From Centroscyllium fabricii (taxonomy: Eukaryota): a stretch of DNA of 64,000 nucleotides. Location: the NCBI GenBank assembly GCA_051313645.2, contig JBNRSN020000018.1, positions 81,592,001-81,656,000 of the forward strand, in the 5' to 3' direction. The translations under genes were made by a program, and so were the position numbers. How positions within the stretch are numbered: position 1 is the first letter of the stretch; the number at the start of each line of letters is the position of its first letter. Positions 10,757-23,245 of the stretch are shown piece after piece. A model generated the notes under the pieces. It worked only from the letters and a program-made list of their open reading frames with translations. It ran no database searches and was not told the origin of the DNA.

Positions 10757-12789
10757 TGTTTAAAAAAAAAACTAGAAATGGCAAGAAATGTTGTTTTGGA
10801 TTCCTTTTCTTCACTTTCTTTTCGAAGTCTAACCACTTCTAAAATACAATTGTTATAAATGTTTCCTTTCATCCATAGTTGTTTTTATAAAGATATAATT
10901 GACTATGAATAGTGTTTTATTAGACAGTAAATCTATTTTAACCACTATCGCTGCTGAGCTGCAGGCGTCATGATAGCCTCGTATTCTAATTCTTAGTGTT
11001 CAAAGTTAGAAACAGACGACCAAGCTAAGAGCAGAGAGGAAGGAAGCACTATATTTGGGTATGGAAGGATACTGGTCTACTGTAGTGATGGAGTGTCATG
11101 GTAATGAACAAAAACTGTGAAGCTGAACAACCTCCAGGTCTGACGTAGGAATAATTGTGTCTAAAAATTCAAAAAGCACAGGACAATCTTTTTTAACTCT
11201 TTGAATGATGTAGTAGAATTTATGCACTAAAATTCAAAAAATAACCTGCTTAAATCATTTCAATTATTCAGGTTCTACTGATGACAAACACATATTCTGT
11301 GTCTTTACATTTCTCCAATATTACTTCATCATCAACATTGCAGATTTATATAAGATTGGTGGAGACTATTAGACAACAGAGGTGCATATTTTGGAAGAGA
11401 CAAGGGGCTGTCTAATGCGTTCAAACAGTGTACCGAATTTGAGGTGAATGAATTGGTGGCCAAATACCTATTCTTTCACTTATGATGCATAATAACAGTT
11501 AGGGTGTTAAAATACGTTTAGCCTTTTCATCAAGTACTTGCCAAGCGAAAGATTCATTAGTAATGTCAAGAACATCACACCCACACAGTCACACTGCAGT
11601 GAATGCATAAGAGACTCTAATACGTATTCAGGAGATGAGTAATCAGCAGGAGCTAATGATACCCTGCTGTACACTGATGTTAAATGCACATATTGAAAAG
11701 AAACACAAAAGGAAGTGTGCATTAGCAACTTTTTTTTTTTATGTAATTGTCCGAGTTTCTTGTATCTGGATGATGAACGAAGATATTTTATTGATATTTT
11801 AAATGCATATGTCTTTGCTTCCTTAATTTCCAAAACAAAGGCAGGGGAAGCTGTACACATCCTGTTTCCTTTCAGCATTTTCTTCCCCAGAAAGAAAATT
11901 CATCATATTTATTTGTACAGCAGGAGTTGCTGTTAGCAACACAAACACCTTAGATACCAGATTTTTTTAAACTTTTGTACGCTCATTGCAAAGATAAAAA
12001 TAAATTCAAAACAACACGTACAGTTTCAAAATCCTGGCTGAAACCAACCATATTATCTTTGCATTATTCTCTCAGCCCCAATACTGACATTTTATTTACG
12101 TCTAGAACATCTTTGGGTATTTTTAGATAAGAGAAAAATAGCTTACAAGACTAATTTATATTGAAGTTCAGCAGCATCAGTAATTAACTCATAAGTAATA
12201 AGTTTCCATCACAATATATATCATAAATATTCATGATAAAATATTTAAAATTAAAGGTTACCAGCTATTCATCAGGAAAAATAATACTTTAATTCTCTGG
12301 AAAATATATTTTTAAGTGTTTTACAAATAAAATGTGTTTTTTTGCCCCTTTCGTTTAATTTGGTAGTGAACTCTCTGCTGCAGGTTTGGTATGAAGAAAA
12401 ATTAGTTTACCAGAATTACTTGTCACTCTAATTACATTATAAAATCAGAGGTGGCTGTGCTGGACTCGCATTTTGAGGGCAGCAGTTTGAGCCATAGCCC
12501 TCTGAGGAGCATTTGAATTTGTCTGCTGTCATTAATTACTTTTAGCTAGCTCTTGGCCATGCTGCTTCATGTCAGCAGCAACAAAATAAAGAGTAGAATG
12601 AGTAAAGTATATCCTTCTTTATTTACCATCGTCCATGCACAACTAAAGCTGGGCCGAGCTTGATGGCTTCTGGGGAAACTATTTGAATGTAGCATTCACG
12701 AAAGGAAAAATGTGTCAGAGACTGGCGGCACTTAGTGTAGTCTCCTACTCCCAAAGCCTGTGAAGTGCCAGGACTGCACAATATTACCC

Positions 12790-12880
12790 TTGCATAGAAT
12801 TTACAGCATAGAAGCAGGCCATTTGGCCCAACTGGCCATTGCCGCTGTTTATGCTCCACATGAGCCTCCTCCCACCCCAC
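12790..12880 (-). mobile_element. CR1-type 3' tail fragment
   Basis: CATAGAATTTACAGCATAGAAGCAGGCCATTTGGCCC is the reverse complement of a CR1 tail. Confidence 0.55.
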
Positions 12881-13547
12881 GTCAAAAAGCTTGCATTATG
12901 AGGACGCACATAAAATAACTTGCATCTCCACAGTTCTTCAGGTAAAAATCTCAGAGAACTTTGCAATAAGAAGGAAAGAGGCACAATGAAAACAGCGCAT
13001 GGGGAAAAATAGCGAATGGGAAACTAAAGGCATGGTCGAAGAGGAAGTTCTTTGAATGTGTTTACCACCTGTTGTGTGCACCGCCGAAGTTCAGTTTTAA
13101 CCTGAATTAGCGTTCCCTTATAACCGTCGGCCGTGAGCAAGCACAAATACTGCCTGCATCCAATGTTTGCATTAACTTATGACAAATTAAGCAAAGTTCA
13201 AAATCAATAGCTCATTCACTATCGCTCATGAGCATGAAAATATGCCTTAATTATTCATAACATATTACATGACACCAAGTCATTGGTTCATGCTGAATAT
13301 CCTAAGGCAGGTTATATCCAACCTGTTCCAGGAAGAAGCCTTGGACTGGTAGGACAGAATTAAAGACAGATCCAAAATTATTTGTATGTTTAAGAATAAT
13401 GAATGAATGCAATTCCCTTCAGTATGTTTCATCAAAGTCAGTGTTTACTTGTAACCCAGTACATTATTTGTTTTTTAATACATTATTGCCACTAAACATC
13501 ATGTTGGTTGTTCCATAGATTTATCCAGAAAAACTCTATCACTTTTC

Positions 13548-13790
13548 TTATGAGCATGTTGTCCTATTGTTCCATTTAGCGCATACTTCCTTCCTCTCTT
13601 GGTTACTTGTTCTCATACTAATTATTACATATTTATCCACATTAAATTGTATCTGCCACAAATTGACCCAGTTATCTAAGTCCTTCTGACTATGCTTGTG
13701 TTGTTTCTCATTATTTGCCCTGCCGCCTATTTTGGTATCTGCAATTTTTACCATTTTACTTACTATACCCACATCCAAATCATTAAGTTA
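13548..13790 (-). mobile_element. Old degraded CR1 RT fragment
   Basis: KIADTKIGGR...DLDNWVNLWQIQFNVDK resembles the CR1 FADDTKIG...WQM.FNVDKC region. Confidence 0.7.
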
Positions 13791-14133
13791 CCACCTTGGT
13801 TAAAGAAAAATGCATAAGGAGTTGGAATGGACCAAAAGAATATTACACTACAAATCAGGATCATAGTGTGAATTGCATGTAGCGATCATAACTCTGGTGG
13901 CTACGATAATTCAAATATTAATGAAAAATTGTTAATGCACTTATTACTACAGAATAGCCACATTCATTTTAGATAAGGCTACTGCAATGTGATCTGTAGC
14001 CTCCCACACCAGTGTGCTGCACTCTCAATCAGAGGGCCTGAGTGGAATTCAAACTCAGCCAGAAGTAGTGGTTATCAGCAATACATAAGAAGAAAGTTTA
14101 ACACATCTGGTGAAGAGATGCTGCCAGTCTTAA

Positions 14134-14511
14134 CATAGAAACATAGAAACTAGGAGCAGGAGTAGGCCATTCGGCCCTTCGAGCCTGCTCCGCCATTCAA
14201 TGAGATCATGGCTGATCATCCAAACCCAGTATCCCGCCCCTGCCCTCTCCCCACATCCCTCGATCCCTATCGAGCCTGCATCGACACACATCCCACCCTA
14301 TCCCTGTAACCCCACCTATTCAATCCCCCTAACACTAAGGGTCAATTTATCATGGTCAATCAACCTAACCCGCACATCTTTGGACTGTGGGAGGAAACCG
14401 GAGCACCCGGAGGAAATCCACGCAGACACGGGGAGAATGTGCAAACTCCACACAGATAGTACTCGAGGCTGGATTTGAACCCGGGTCTCCAGTGCTGTGA
14501 GACAACAGTGC
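14134..14511 (-). mobile_element. HE1-type SINE, slightly 5'-truncated
   Basis: Reverse complement of the 2663-3055 SINE, including box B and the tail. Confidence 0.9.
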
Positions 14512-16619
14512 TTAAGGTAGCTTAATGCACAGCAGCAACATCAAGCTAATAATAAAGACCTCTAGTATGGAAGAAATTGATTCTTTAGTACAGTGTTAAC
14601 ATATCTGTAGTGCCATAAAAATCAGGGTATATGTTGTATCCGTAATCTTTGTGCTACGCTTCATAAAATCACTTGCACTGGGCCATAAATTATATATGCC
14701 ATAAATAAACCTAAGCACTGGATAGAGGCGAACTTTGATGAGCTCGAAGGTCTTTTCTCATCTGTGATCTTTGTTATGTACTTGTGCCAATGTCTTGGTT
14801 GTCAACCATAAAACTTGATGATGGTTGAACTGACAAATATTTCATTGAATTAGCATTTTCAAGTTGTTGCTTGACAAGTGCACTTTTATGGGTTTTCTCA
14901 GAGTAGCAAGTAAGATGCTATTTCTCATTTTAACATTCTGAGATAAGTACCTGTCATCAAGCTTAGAGCTTAATCATGTCCAGTCTCAGTATTTAACAGA
15001 TGAATTATCAGGAAATAAAGATCCTTCATACAAAATGCTATTTATCATTTTTGTGCATAAATGTTCTAGACTAGCCAAGCCAATAATAAATACGTTGAAT
15101 AAAGTAGCAAATATGGAATATTCAGTTCTAAAGCAGATTGAAGCTCGTGTTCATTAAGGAACACCAAACAGGCATTCTCATAACTTGTATACCATATTTT
15201 TTAGTACTGTAGGCCACAACTTGAATGAAGTTTTTACACTTCAAGGCAACTGATGTGGCCTTTATGCATGCAGTTTTATGCTTGGTGAGTACAGCTGCAA
15301 AGCATGGCAACCACATCTCTCTGGGTGTGTAGTGGAAGCTCTGGAGTTGGGTGTGGCTCCTTAGGGCTTAATTTTCATGCAATGTATAGGCTGTGATTGT
15401 GATCTGTGCAGACGGTGGATGAAATACAAACATGGATGGTAAGCATTAACCATCAGAAATGCGAGGCAGTTTGTGACGGGTATATGCATGAACTGTGGTA
15501 TTGAGAGAGGCTGAGGAACTGGATAGGTTACTGTTGAGGGTGATTGGATTTGGCTCATTGGTGGCCGTGATGTCATGGCAATGCCTAGGGGGATAGAGAG
15601 ATGAAGCAGGGAGGACATGAACTGAAATGCAAGTAGTTCCATGCACCAGCCTGAGGACCACTGGCAGCCACAGGAAGGCATGTGGGCCCTTAAGTATATC
15701 GTGTAACTGTAGTGTAATTGGTGGGATTGATTTGATGCAATTTAATTTGTATTAATTAAAGGCTAAGTCATTGCAAGGAGAGTCCGGCCCTGGAGTGTGC
15801 TCCTCCTGCGCTATGTGAGAAATCAGGGACACTTCCTGTGTCCCTGCCGACCATGTGTGTGGGAAGCTGCAGCTACTGATAGACCGCATTGTGGCGCTGG
15901 AGCTGCGATTGGTTACATACTGGAGCATTCGCGAGGCTGAGGACATCGTGGAAAGCATGTTTAGGGAGTTGGTCACACCGCAGGTAAAGGTTGCACAGGC
16001 AGAAAGGGAATGGGTGACCACCAGGCAGAGTATTAGGTGCAGGCAGGTCGTGCACAGGTCCCCTGTGGTCATCCCCCTCTCAAACACATATACAATTTTT
16101 GATACTGTTGAGGGGGATGGCTTACCAGGGGAAAGCAGCAGCAGCCAACTTCCTGGCACCAGGGGTGGTTCTGCTGCACAGGACGGGAGGAAAAAGAGGG
16201 GTAGAGCTACAGTAATAGGGGATTCTATTGTAAGGGGAATAGATAGGTGTTTCTGCGGCCGCAAATGAGACTCCAGGATGGTGTGTTGCCTCCCTGGTGC
16301 AAGGGTCAAGGATGTCTCGGAGCGGCTGTAGAACATTTTGGAAGGGGAGGGTGAACAGCCAGTTGTCGTGGTGCATATAGGTATCAACGATATAGGTAAA
16401 AAAATGGGATGAGGTCCTAAAAGCTGAATATAGGGAGTTAGGAGGTAAATTAAAAAATAGGACCTCAAAGGTAGCAATCCTGAGATTGCTACCAGTGCCA
16501 CGTGCTAATCAGAGTAGAAATAGAAGGATATTTCAAATGAATACGTGGCTAGAGGAATGGTGCAAGGGGGAGAGATTAAAATTCCTGGGACATTGGAACC
16601 GGTTCTGAGGGAGGTGGGA

Positions 16620-17308
16620 CATAGAAACATAGAAGATAGGAGCAGGAGTAGGCCATTAGGCCCTTCAAGCCTGCTCCGCCATTCAACGAGATCATGGCTG
16701 ATCTTACAAGTTCAGTACCCCGTCCCTGCCTTCTCCCCATATCCCTTAATCCCTGCAGCCTGAAGAAATATATCCAGTTCCCTCTTGAATATATTCAATG
16801 AACCGGCCTCCACTGCCCTCTGTGGCAAAGAATTCCACAGGTTCACCACTCTCTGTGTGAAGAATTTCCTCCTCATCTCAGTCCCAAATGGCTTACCCCT
16901 TATCCTTCGACTATGCCCCCTGGTTCTCGACTCCCCCGCCATCGGAAACATCCTTTCTGCATCTAACCTGTCCAGGCCTGACAGAATTTTATAAGTCTCG
17001 ATGAGATCCCCTCTTAATCTTCTAAACTCCAGCGAGTATAAGCCCAGACTACACAATCTCTCCTCATAAGTCATTCCTGCCATCCCAGGTATCAGCCTGG
17101 TGAATCGTCGCTGCACTCCCTCCATGGCAAGAACATCCTTCCTCAGATGAGGCGACCAAAACTGCACACAATACTCAAGGTGTGGCCTCACCAAGGCCCT
17201 GTACAGCTGCAGCAAGACATCCCTATTCCTATACTCAAACCCTCTTGATATAAAGGCCAACATACCATTTGCCTTTTTAACCGCCTGCTGCACCTGCATG
17301 CTCCCCTT
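16620..17308 (-). mobile_element. 5'-truncated CR1 3' fragment inserted in the older CR1 ORF1
   Basis: Open frame VQQAVKKANGMLAFI...RPHLEYCVQFWSP...FFTQRVVNLWNSLP plus tail. The host ORF1 (WD...DGLHL) resumes after it. Confidence 0.92.
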
Positions 17309-17849
17309 CAGTTTGCACCGGATGGTTTGCACCTGGGCAGGGCCAGGACCGATGTCTGAGGGGGAGTGTTTGCTAGTGCTGTTGGGGAGGGTTTAAACTA
17401 AAATGGCAGGGGGTTGGGAACCTGAGCAGGGAAACAGAGGAAAGGGAAACAAGGATAAAAGAAAAAGACAGGAAGGAGAAAAACAAAAGTGACAGTCAGA
17501 GAAATTAAGGGTTTAAATCAAACATGACCACAGTAAATAATAATTCTAAAAGGTCTAAGAGCGTTAAAAAAACAAGCCTGAAGGCTTTGTGTCTTAATCC
17601 GAGGAGCATTCGTAATAAGGTGGATGAATTAGCTGCGCAAATGGAGGTAAACGAATATGATATGATTGGGATTACGGAAACATGGCTCCAGGGTAACCAA
17701 GGCTGGGAACTCAACATCCAGGGGTATTCAATATTCAGGAAAGATTGGCAAAAAGGAAAAGGAGGTGGGGTAGCATTGCTGGTTAAAGAGGGGATTAACA
17801 CAATAGTAAGGAAGGATATCGCTCTGATGATGTGGAATTTGTGTAGGTA

Positions 17850-18075
17850 GAAACATAGAAACTAGGAGCAGGAGTAGGCCATTCGGCCCTTCGAGCCTGC
17901 TCCGCCATTCAATGAGATCATGGCTGATCATCCAAACCTAGTACTCCGCCCCTGCCCTCTCCCCATATCCCTATCGAGCCTGCACCGACACACATCCCAC
18001 CCTATCGCCGTAACCCCACATATTCAATCCCCCTAACACTAAGGGTCAATTTATCCTGGCCAATCAACCTAACCC
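17850..18075 (-). mobile_element. 3' half of an HE1-type SINE inserted in the CR1 endonuclease region
   Basis: Matches the 14134-14370 segment. The host CR1 resumes at GAACTGAGAAATACC. Confidence 0.88.
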
Positions 18076-18573
18076 GAACTGAGAAATACCAAGGGGCAGA
18101 AAATGTTAGTGGGAACGGTATATAGACCTCCAAACAGTAATGCGGAGGTTGGGGATGGCATTAAGAGGGAAATTAGAGAAGCGTGCAATAAGGGCACAGC
18201 AGTTATCACGGGTGACTTTCATCTACATATAGATTGGGCTGACCAAATTATTAACAATACTGTGGAGGAGGAATTCTTGGAGTGTATACAGGATGTTTTC
18301 CTGGACCAATATGTCGAGGAACCAACTAGAGATCAGGCCATCTTGGACTGGGTATTATGTAAAAAGAAAGGATTAATGAGCAATCTTGTGCGAGGCCCCT
18401 TGGGTCGGAGCGATCATAATTTGATAGAATTCTTCATTAAGATGGAGAGTGAAGTAGTTGACTCAGAGACTAGGGTCCTGAATTTAAATAAAGCAAACTA
18501 GATGGTATGGGACACGAGTTGGGTAGAATTGATTGGGAAATGTCACTCAAAGGGTTGACGGTGGATAGGCAAT

Positions 18574-20891
18574 GGCCCGGATTTTGTGGTCAGCGGCGAA
18601 GGAACGGCGCTCGCCTTCATTACGCTTACAGCTGCCGCAGACTTTTTGTGGGCTTTTGAGCAGCAACTTGCAGTTACTGGAGATCCTTTACAGTCCGGCG
18701 CCCTCGACAGGGGAGCTGTGGTGTGTATGAGCAGGACAAGCAACAGCGTGTCGCTTCAACCAATCAGATTGAAGAAATCTCACTGAGAGATGCAGGGTTT
18801 GATTGTCCCTGGGCTGTCAGGTGGGCTTTTTGGCGTGTGGGGAGGCAAAATCACAGAAACGGGGGGTCATGACCCCCCCCCCCCCCCCCCTCCTCCCCGC
18901 CTGATTTCCGGCACTTTGTCAATTTCAACCCGGCGTGTCTGCTCGACCCGATGCAGTCCCGCCCGCAGTAGCCACCAACCTCCCTCTCAGGTCCCCTGCA
19001 AGTGGCTGGAGAGCACCTTGCTGCACATCAGGGGGCCACGGGGACCCATATCTTCACTGGCAGTCCTAGTCAGAAGGGCTTCATGAAGGTCTGGTTTCTC
19101 TGTTCAATAGATGCCCATCGCTCCTCAAGAGATGTCATTCTATTCTGAACACTCACCATGTTTTACATACCCTGGTGACTAACCTCCACCATGGCCGCAG
19201 CCCTCCTCTCTACCGCAGCTGTCCTCTCCTCTATGGTAGCCAGCCTTACCACGGAGGCAGCAATCATTTCCATGTAGGAAACCATCCTTGCCATGTTGAT
19301 GCGTCCATGCACCACTGACTCCACAAAGGCTCTGCTCATGTTCGCAATGGACTCCTCCATTCTCTCCACACTCCAAACCCTGGAGACAAAACCTGCCAGA
19401 GACTCCTGCATCTGTGCATGGAATTCCATCACCTCGGATCTTGCGGATGGACCCATAGGCAGAGGGTCGACTTGCAGCTGAGCTGGCAGAGTCCTGTGCC
19501 CTCTGACTAGGACTCTTCACTGCTATCCCTGTCTCCACAATCTGCTGATGCTCACTTGTGAGCTGTGATATACCAGGTGACAACACTACTCTATGTCCAA
19601 AGGTCCCACCGAGCTGTGAGCGTCTGCGCTGGTGTTGGGTGCACTTAATTCTGCTGATGCTGCACCCTCAGAGGTTGCAGTTTCCTCTGAGGAGTCTGGC
19701 TGCTCAGCCTCTTCGTCCTCCACAGTGGGGACAGGGGCGCTCGATTGTCCTGAGGGGCAGTAAAGGAAAGAGTTAGAGATGTGATGCCACGGTTACATGC
19801 ACATTGTATATTGCAGATGATCATAAGTCCATATGATGTAGCTTCAGAGTCATTATCAGCGACTCATACAATGTCAATGAGAGAGATGGAAAACTATTCT
19901 GTCACCAGCTTACTGCGATGCACCCGTCTCTCCTTCCTCAGCCGCATCAACCCCGACAATCTCGAGGACGCCTTCCTCCCACTGGGTCAGGTGGGCTACT
20001 GAGTGTGTCCTGGCTCTTTCTCTTTTATTGTGAGCTCTCTTCTCCTGCAATGAGGGAGACAAGTGGAGTTTGAGTGAGAATGAAGGAGTGAGTGCAGTGA
20101 TTCCATAGCATAGATACTTAGAAGGAGACAAAGATGGAGTGAGGTTCAAGACCAAGGGCCCTCCCTGTGTGTTGTCAGTTGTGTTCAAAGCATCAGAGTG
20201 AGAGGGAGTGTGAGGGCTGCATGGTGGAATAGTTATGTGAATGTGTGCATAGAGAGAGAGGGAATGGGTAAGGGTGCATGGATGTGAGCGTCAAGTAGGA
20301 TGTGGAGGAAGCGATTGCTGCAGCTGACTGCTGGTGATGAAAGACGATGGGGCTCAGATTGTGTGTGATGGAAACTTCATACTTACTTTTCCTGTGCTAT
20401 GCAGGTCATGGAATCTTTTCCGGTACTGCATCCAGGTGCGCCTTGTGAGGCCCAAGGAGTTCACCTCCTGGGCCACCTGCAGCCAAGCAGCCTTGGTCTC
20501 AGTGGGAGATCTCTTCCTCCCTGAGGAAGGGAAGAGGACCTCCCTGTGGGCCCTAGCCCCATCCAGTAATGCCTGCAGTGATGCCTCGTCGAATTTGGTT
20601 GCAGCTCGTGCCCTCCCACTTGCCATAGCTGCTGCAGGCTCCTGATCCATCCTGAAGATTAAGCTAGGCAGCCTGCAACAGAAACAAGGCAAAAACACCA
20701 GCAATGATGACATCATATTGTGCGCCTTTCTGACTGGAAATTCTCAATTGCCAAGGGTTCCCACACGCTGGAAATCAATTGGCCAATTGAGCCAATATTG
20801 CATCAATCTCCCAGACCAATTTGGATTCATGTGGGAAACCTGACATGCCGGGAACCCGCCAATTCCCCGCACCTGCGGGAAAATTGAGGCT
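18574..20891 (-). mobile_element. PIF/Harbinger-type element with a Myb/SANT gene and no visible transposase
   Basis: Harbinger-like ends GGCCCGGATTTT and AAAATTGAGGC match only imperfectly, so the element may be composite. Contains the spliced Myb-like gene below. Confidence 0.65.
19163..20650 (-). pseudogene. Spliced Myb/SANT-like (trihelix) DNA-binding protein gene of a Harbinger transposon
   Basis: Exon 1 20650-20387 (KFDEASLQALL...AWLQVAQEVNS...RTWMQYRKRFHDL, donor GTAAGT). Exon 2 20044-19914 (TTGCAG|EKRAHNKRER, phase-0 join). Degraded acidic/coiled-coil exon 3 from about 19749. Confidence 0.8.
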
Positions 20892-22389
20892 GCATAGTTT
20901 AAACCAGGAAATATAAATTAGAATATTTAATTCAGTGTAAAATCATGTACAGAAAGTTCAATAAAGAGGGAAATAAAGATGTTAGATGAAAGAAAGTTTT
21001 TTTTTAATTCATTTTACTTTTTAATTGAAAAAAAATCTCCAACAATAATTAAAATCTGAAGGAATGAGACTCCACACATGTAAAATTACATTTTCAGTGC
21101 CAGAGGGGCTGCTTGGCAGTAATTAAGACTAATCATGCCGTTAAAAATTCACTTACACCTGAATGCACAGGCCCTAACTTTTTCTGGCATGTTTAGTGGG
21201 TAAGTACCGCAACCCCACGCCCATCAAGTATTTCAGTGCCGAGTCTTTCGGCAAGGTACTGATGAGCAAAGGGCAACTCAGACAGCAACTTTGTGATTTC
21301 CATGGTTAACTGTGCATGTGCAGACACCGGAAGTTGCTGTCGGATTTACTCCATAATAACAGTTATCTTGATAGCTTCACTGTTATTCTTAACAAAATCC
21401 AAACCAATGTGTAATAGTGATCAAAGGGAAATGCTAAAAGAAGGCAGATAAGTCACTCCATATATGGGTGTGGGGCCTAACTCCTTTCTTACTCAAAAGC
21501 TTTGACTAGGCGTGTGCTATCTACAATGGTAAATATTGAGCAATATGCTATCTTTATATATACCACTTGATATCTTTTTCTGATATTAGATAACAAGTAC
21601 ATTTTCTTGAGATCAAACCTAAAACAATTTCAGCTTCTTGAGCAGCAGTTTAGTCAAATGTGTTAAATTACTTATGTAGGTCACAAAAGACTTGGCCAAC
21701 AATTAAACTGCAATCAAACTCTGATGAGATATGGTGAATAAATTATGTGAGGGCTTTTAATACTGAAATGTTCTGATCTGAAGCCAGATTGAATCTGGTG
21801 ACTGAGTCTGCTGGAATCAATGATCATTACATATTTGCAAAAATAATGACATGCTTTGGACAATAAGGCATTGAAATAATTAAGGGTAAATCTTGGGGTG
21901 ATATTTTACAATATTTTCTTTAAAGGAACAAAAGCCATTGGGGGAGAAATTCACTACCTTAGCACCATCCGTTAGCACGGCGTTAAGCCAAGAAAGTGGC
22001 AGCTGATGATGAGTCCTGCGGCTGCTCCATTTTCGACGTCTTGGTAGCGCTACTGTTCTTAAGTAACGCCCTGAAAAGATAAAGCGGAGTGGTGATGCTC
22101 ACCAACTTAACGTCACCACTGCGAACTTCGACCTTAGCGCTGAGTTCAGCACTGGGTCCTAAGTATGCCAGGCAAACCCAGCGTGCAAGCACGTTGGCAG
22201 AGGTGCTGTCAGCACTTCTTAAAGGGACACACACATCTTTCAGGTAAATCTGCATTTAAACTTTTGGACCTTTTTTTAAAATTTTATTGAAGTAGTGGCT
22301 TGCTGCAATAGCTGTTAAAAGTTTTAAGTGTGTAGGGAGTTCTGCTGGATGCTTGCAAGGCTTTGGATGGTAAAGGAAGGTCTCTGAGA

Positions 22390-22562
22390 CAACAGAAAAT
22401 GCTGCCAATACTCAGCAGGTCAGGCAACATCCATGGAGAGAGAAACCAAATTTACGTATCAGTTAGAGATGCTGCCTGACCAGCTGAGTATTTACAGCAT
22501 TTTATGCTGTCACTTCAAATTTACAGCATTTTATGCTGTCACTTCAAATTTACAGCATCTGC
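22390..22562. mobile_element. Penelope-like palindromic short element nested in the Harbinger element
   Basis: AAATGCTG..ATACTCAGCAGGTCAGGCA pairs with TGCCTGACCAGCTGAGTAT..CAGCATTT. Includes a 29-bp tandem duplication. Confidence 0.6.
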
Positions 22563-23134
22563 TCGTATAGGGAGGAGGAAGCTGAAGGAAGGATGCAACC
22601 CAGACAGCCCCTTTCTGGCTATGGTATCCAAGATGGAATCATCCGTCTGCGGTCCCAGTGACACAACCCCAATTTCCCTTTCAACATTAGTCCCACACCT
22701 TACCTTCCATCTGTTACTGACCATCACAGCGTCCTTTTCGCCACAATGCTGAAATAAAAGGCACCACAAAACAAAACTTCCAATCCAACTTCACACATCT
22801 AAACATTCAGTATGCCATCAAGAAATCAACTTATCATTATGCATTCCCTGAATGACTGTCTTGTGTGTGCCTTTGCCTATCCTACTGATGTCACGCAGGG
22901 CTACCCCAGTGGCTGCAGCATGGCTGGTGGAAGGCTGCTGACTTTCAGTGGGGGCCACTGCAAATGGCCTCATTGGTCAACCTTGAGGAGCTGGTGACTG
23001 GGAGTGTCAAATCAATCATTATCTTCATCACTTTCCTCTCCCTCTTCTTGGCCAACCACTGGCTGGGCAGGCTGCATTTCTTGGGTTTGTGAAATGAGGA
23101 AGGCACAAGGGTGGAGTTGTGGTGAGGGAAGGAC

Positions 23135-23245
23135 AGGAAAGAAAGACTTGCATTTATATAGCGTCTTTCATGACCACCGAACGTCCCAAAGCACTTTACA
23201 GCCAATGAAGTACTTCTTGAAGTGTAGTCACTTTCATAATGTAGG
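23135..23245 (-). mobile_element. Deu-SINE/L2-type tail fragment
   Basis: GAAAGACTTGCATTTATATAGCG...AAAGCACTTTACAGCCAATGAAGTAC, the same tail as at 28790, 35600 and 49005. Confidence 0.65.

Larger units (their letters stand above)
15760..18573 (+). mobile_element. 5' half of a CR1 LINE (degraded SGNH-esterase ORF1 and APE endonuclease), carrying two nested insertions
   Basis: ORF1 VIGDSIVRGIDR is homologous to the 56790-57749 ORF1. Endonuclease motifs LNPRSIRNK, GITETWL, VYRPPNS, GDF and SDHN. Interrupted at 16620-17308 and 17850-18075; ends abruptly at the Harbinger element. Confidence 0.9.

Noticed and set aside
15128-15690. Possible eroded transposon coding remnant
   Set aside because: No motif could be identified with confidence.
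20354-20716. Myb ORF as a domesticated host gene (NAIF1/MSANTD-like)
   Set aside because: It lies between transposon-like ends and its downstream exon is disrupted, so it is treated as a TE pseudogene.
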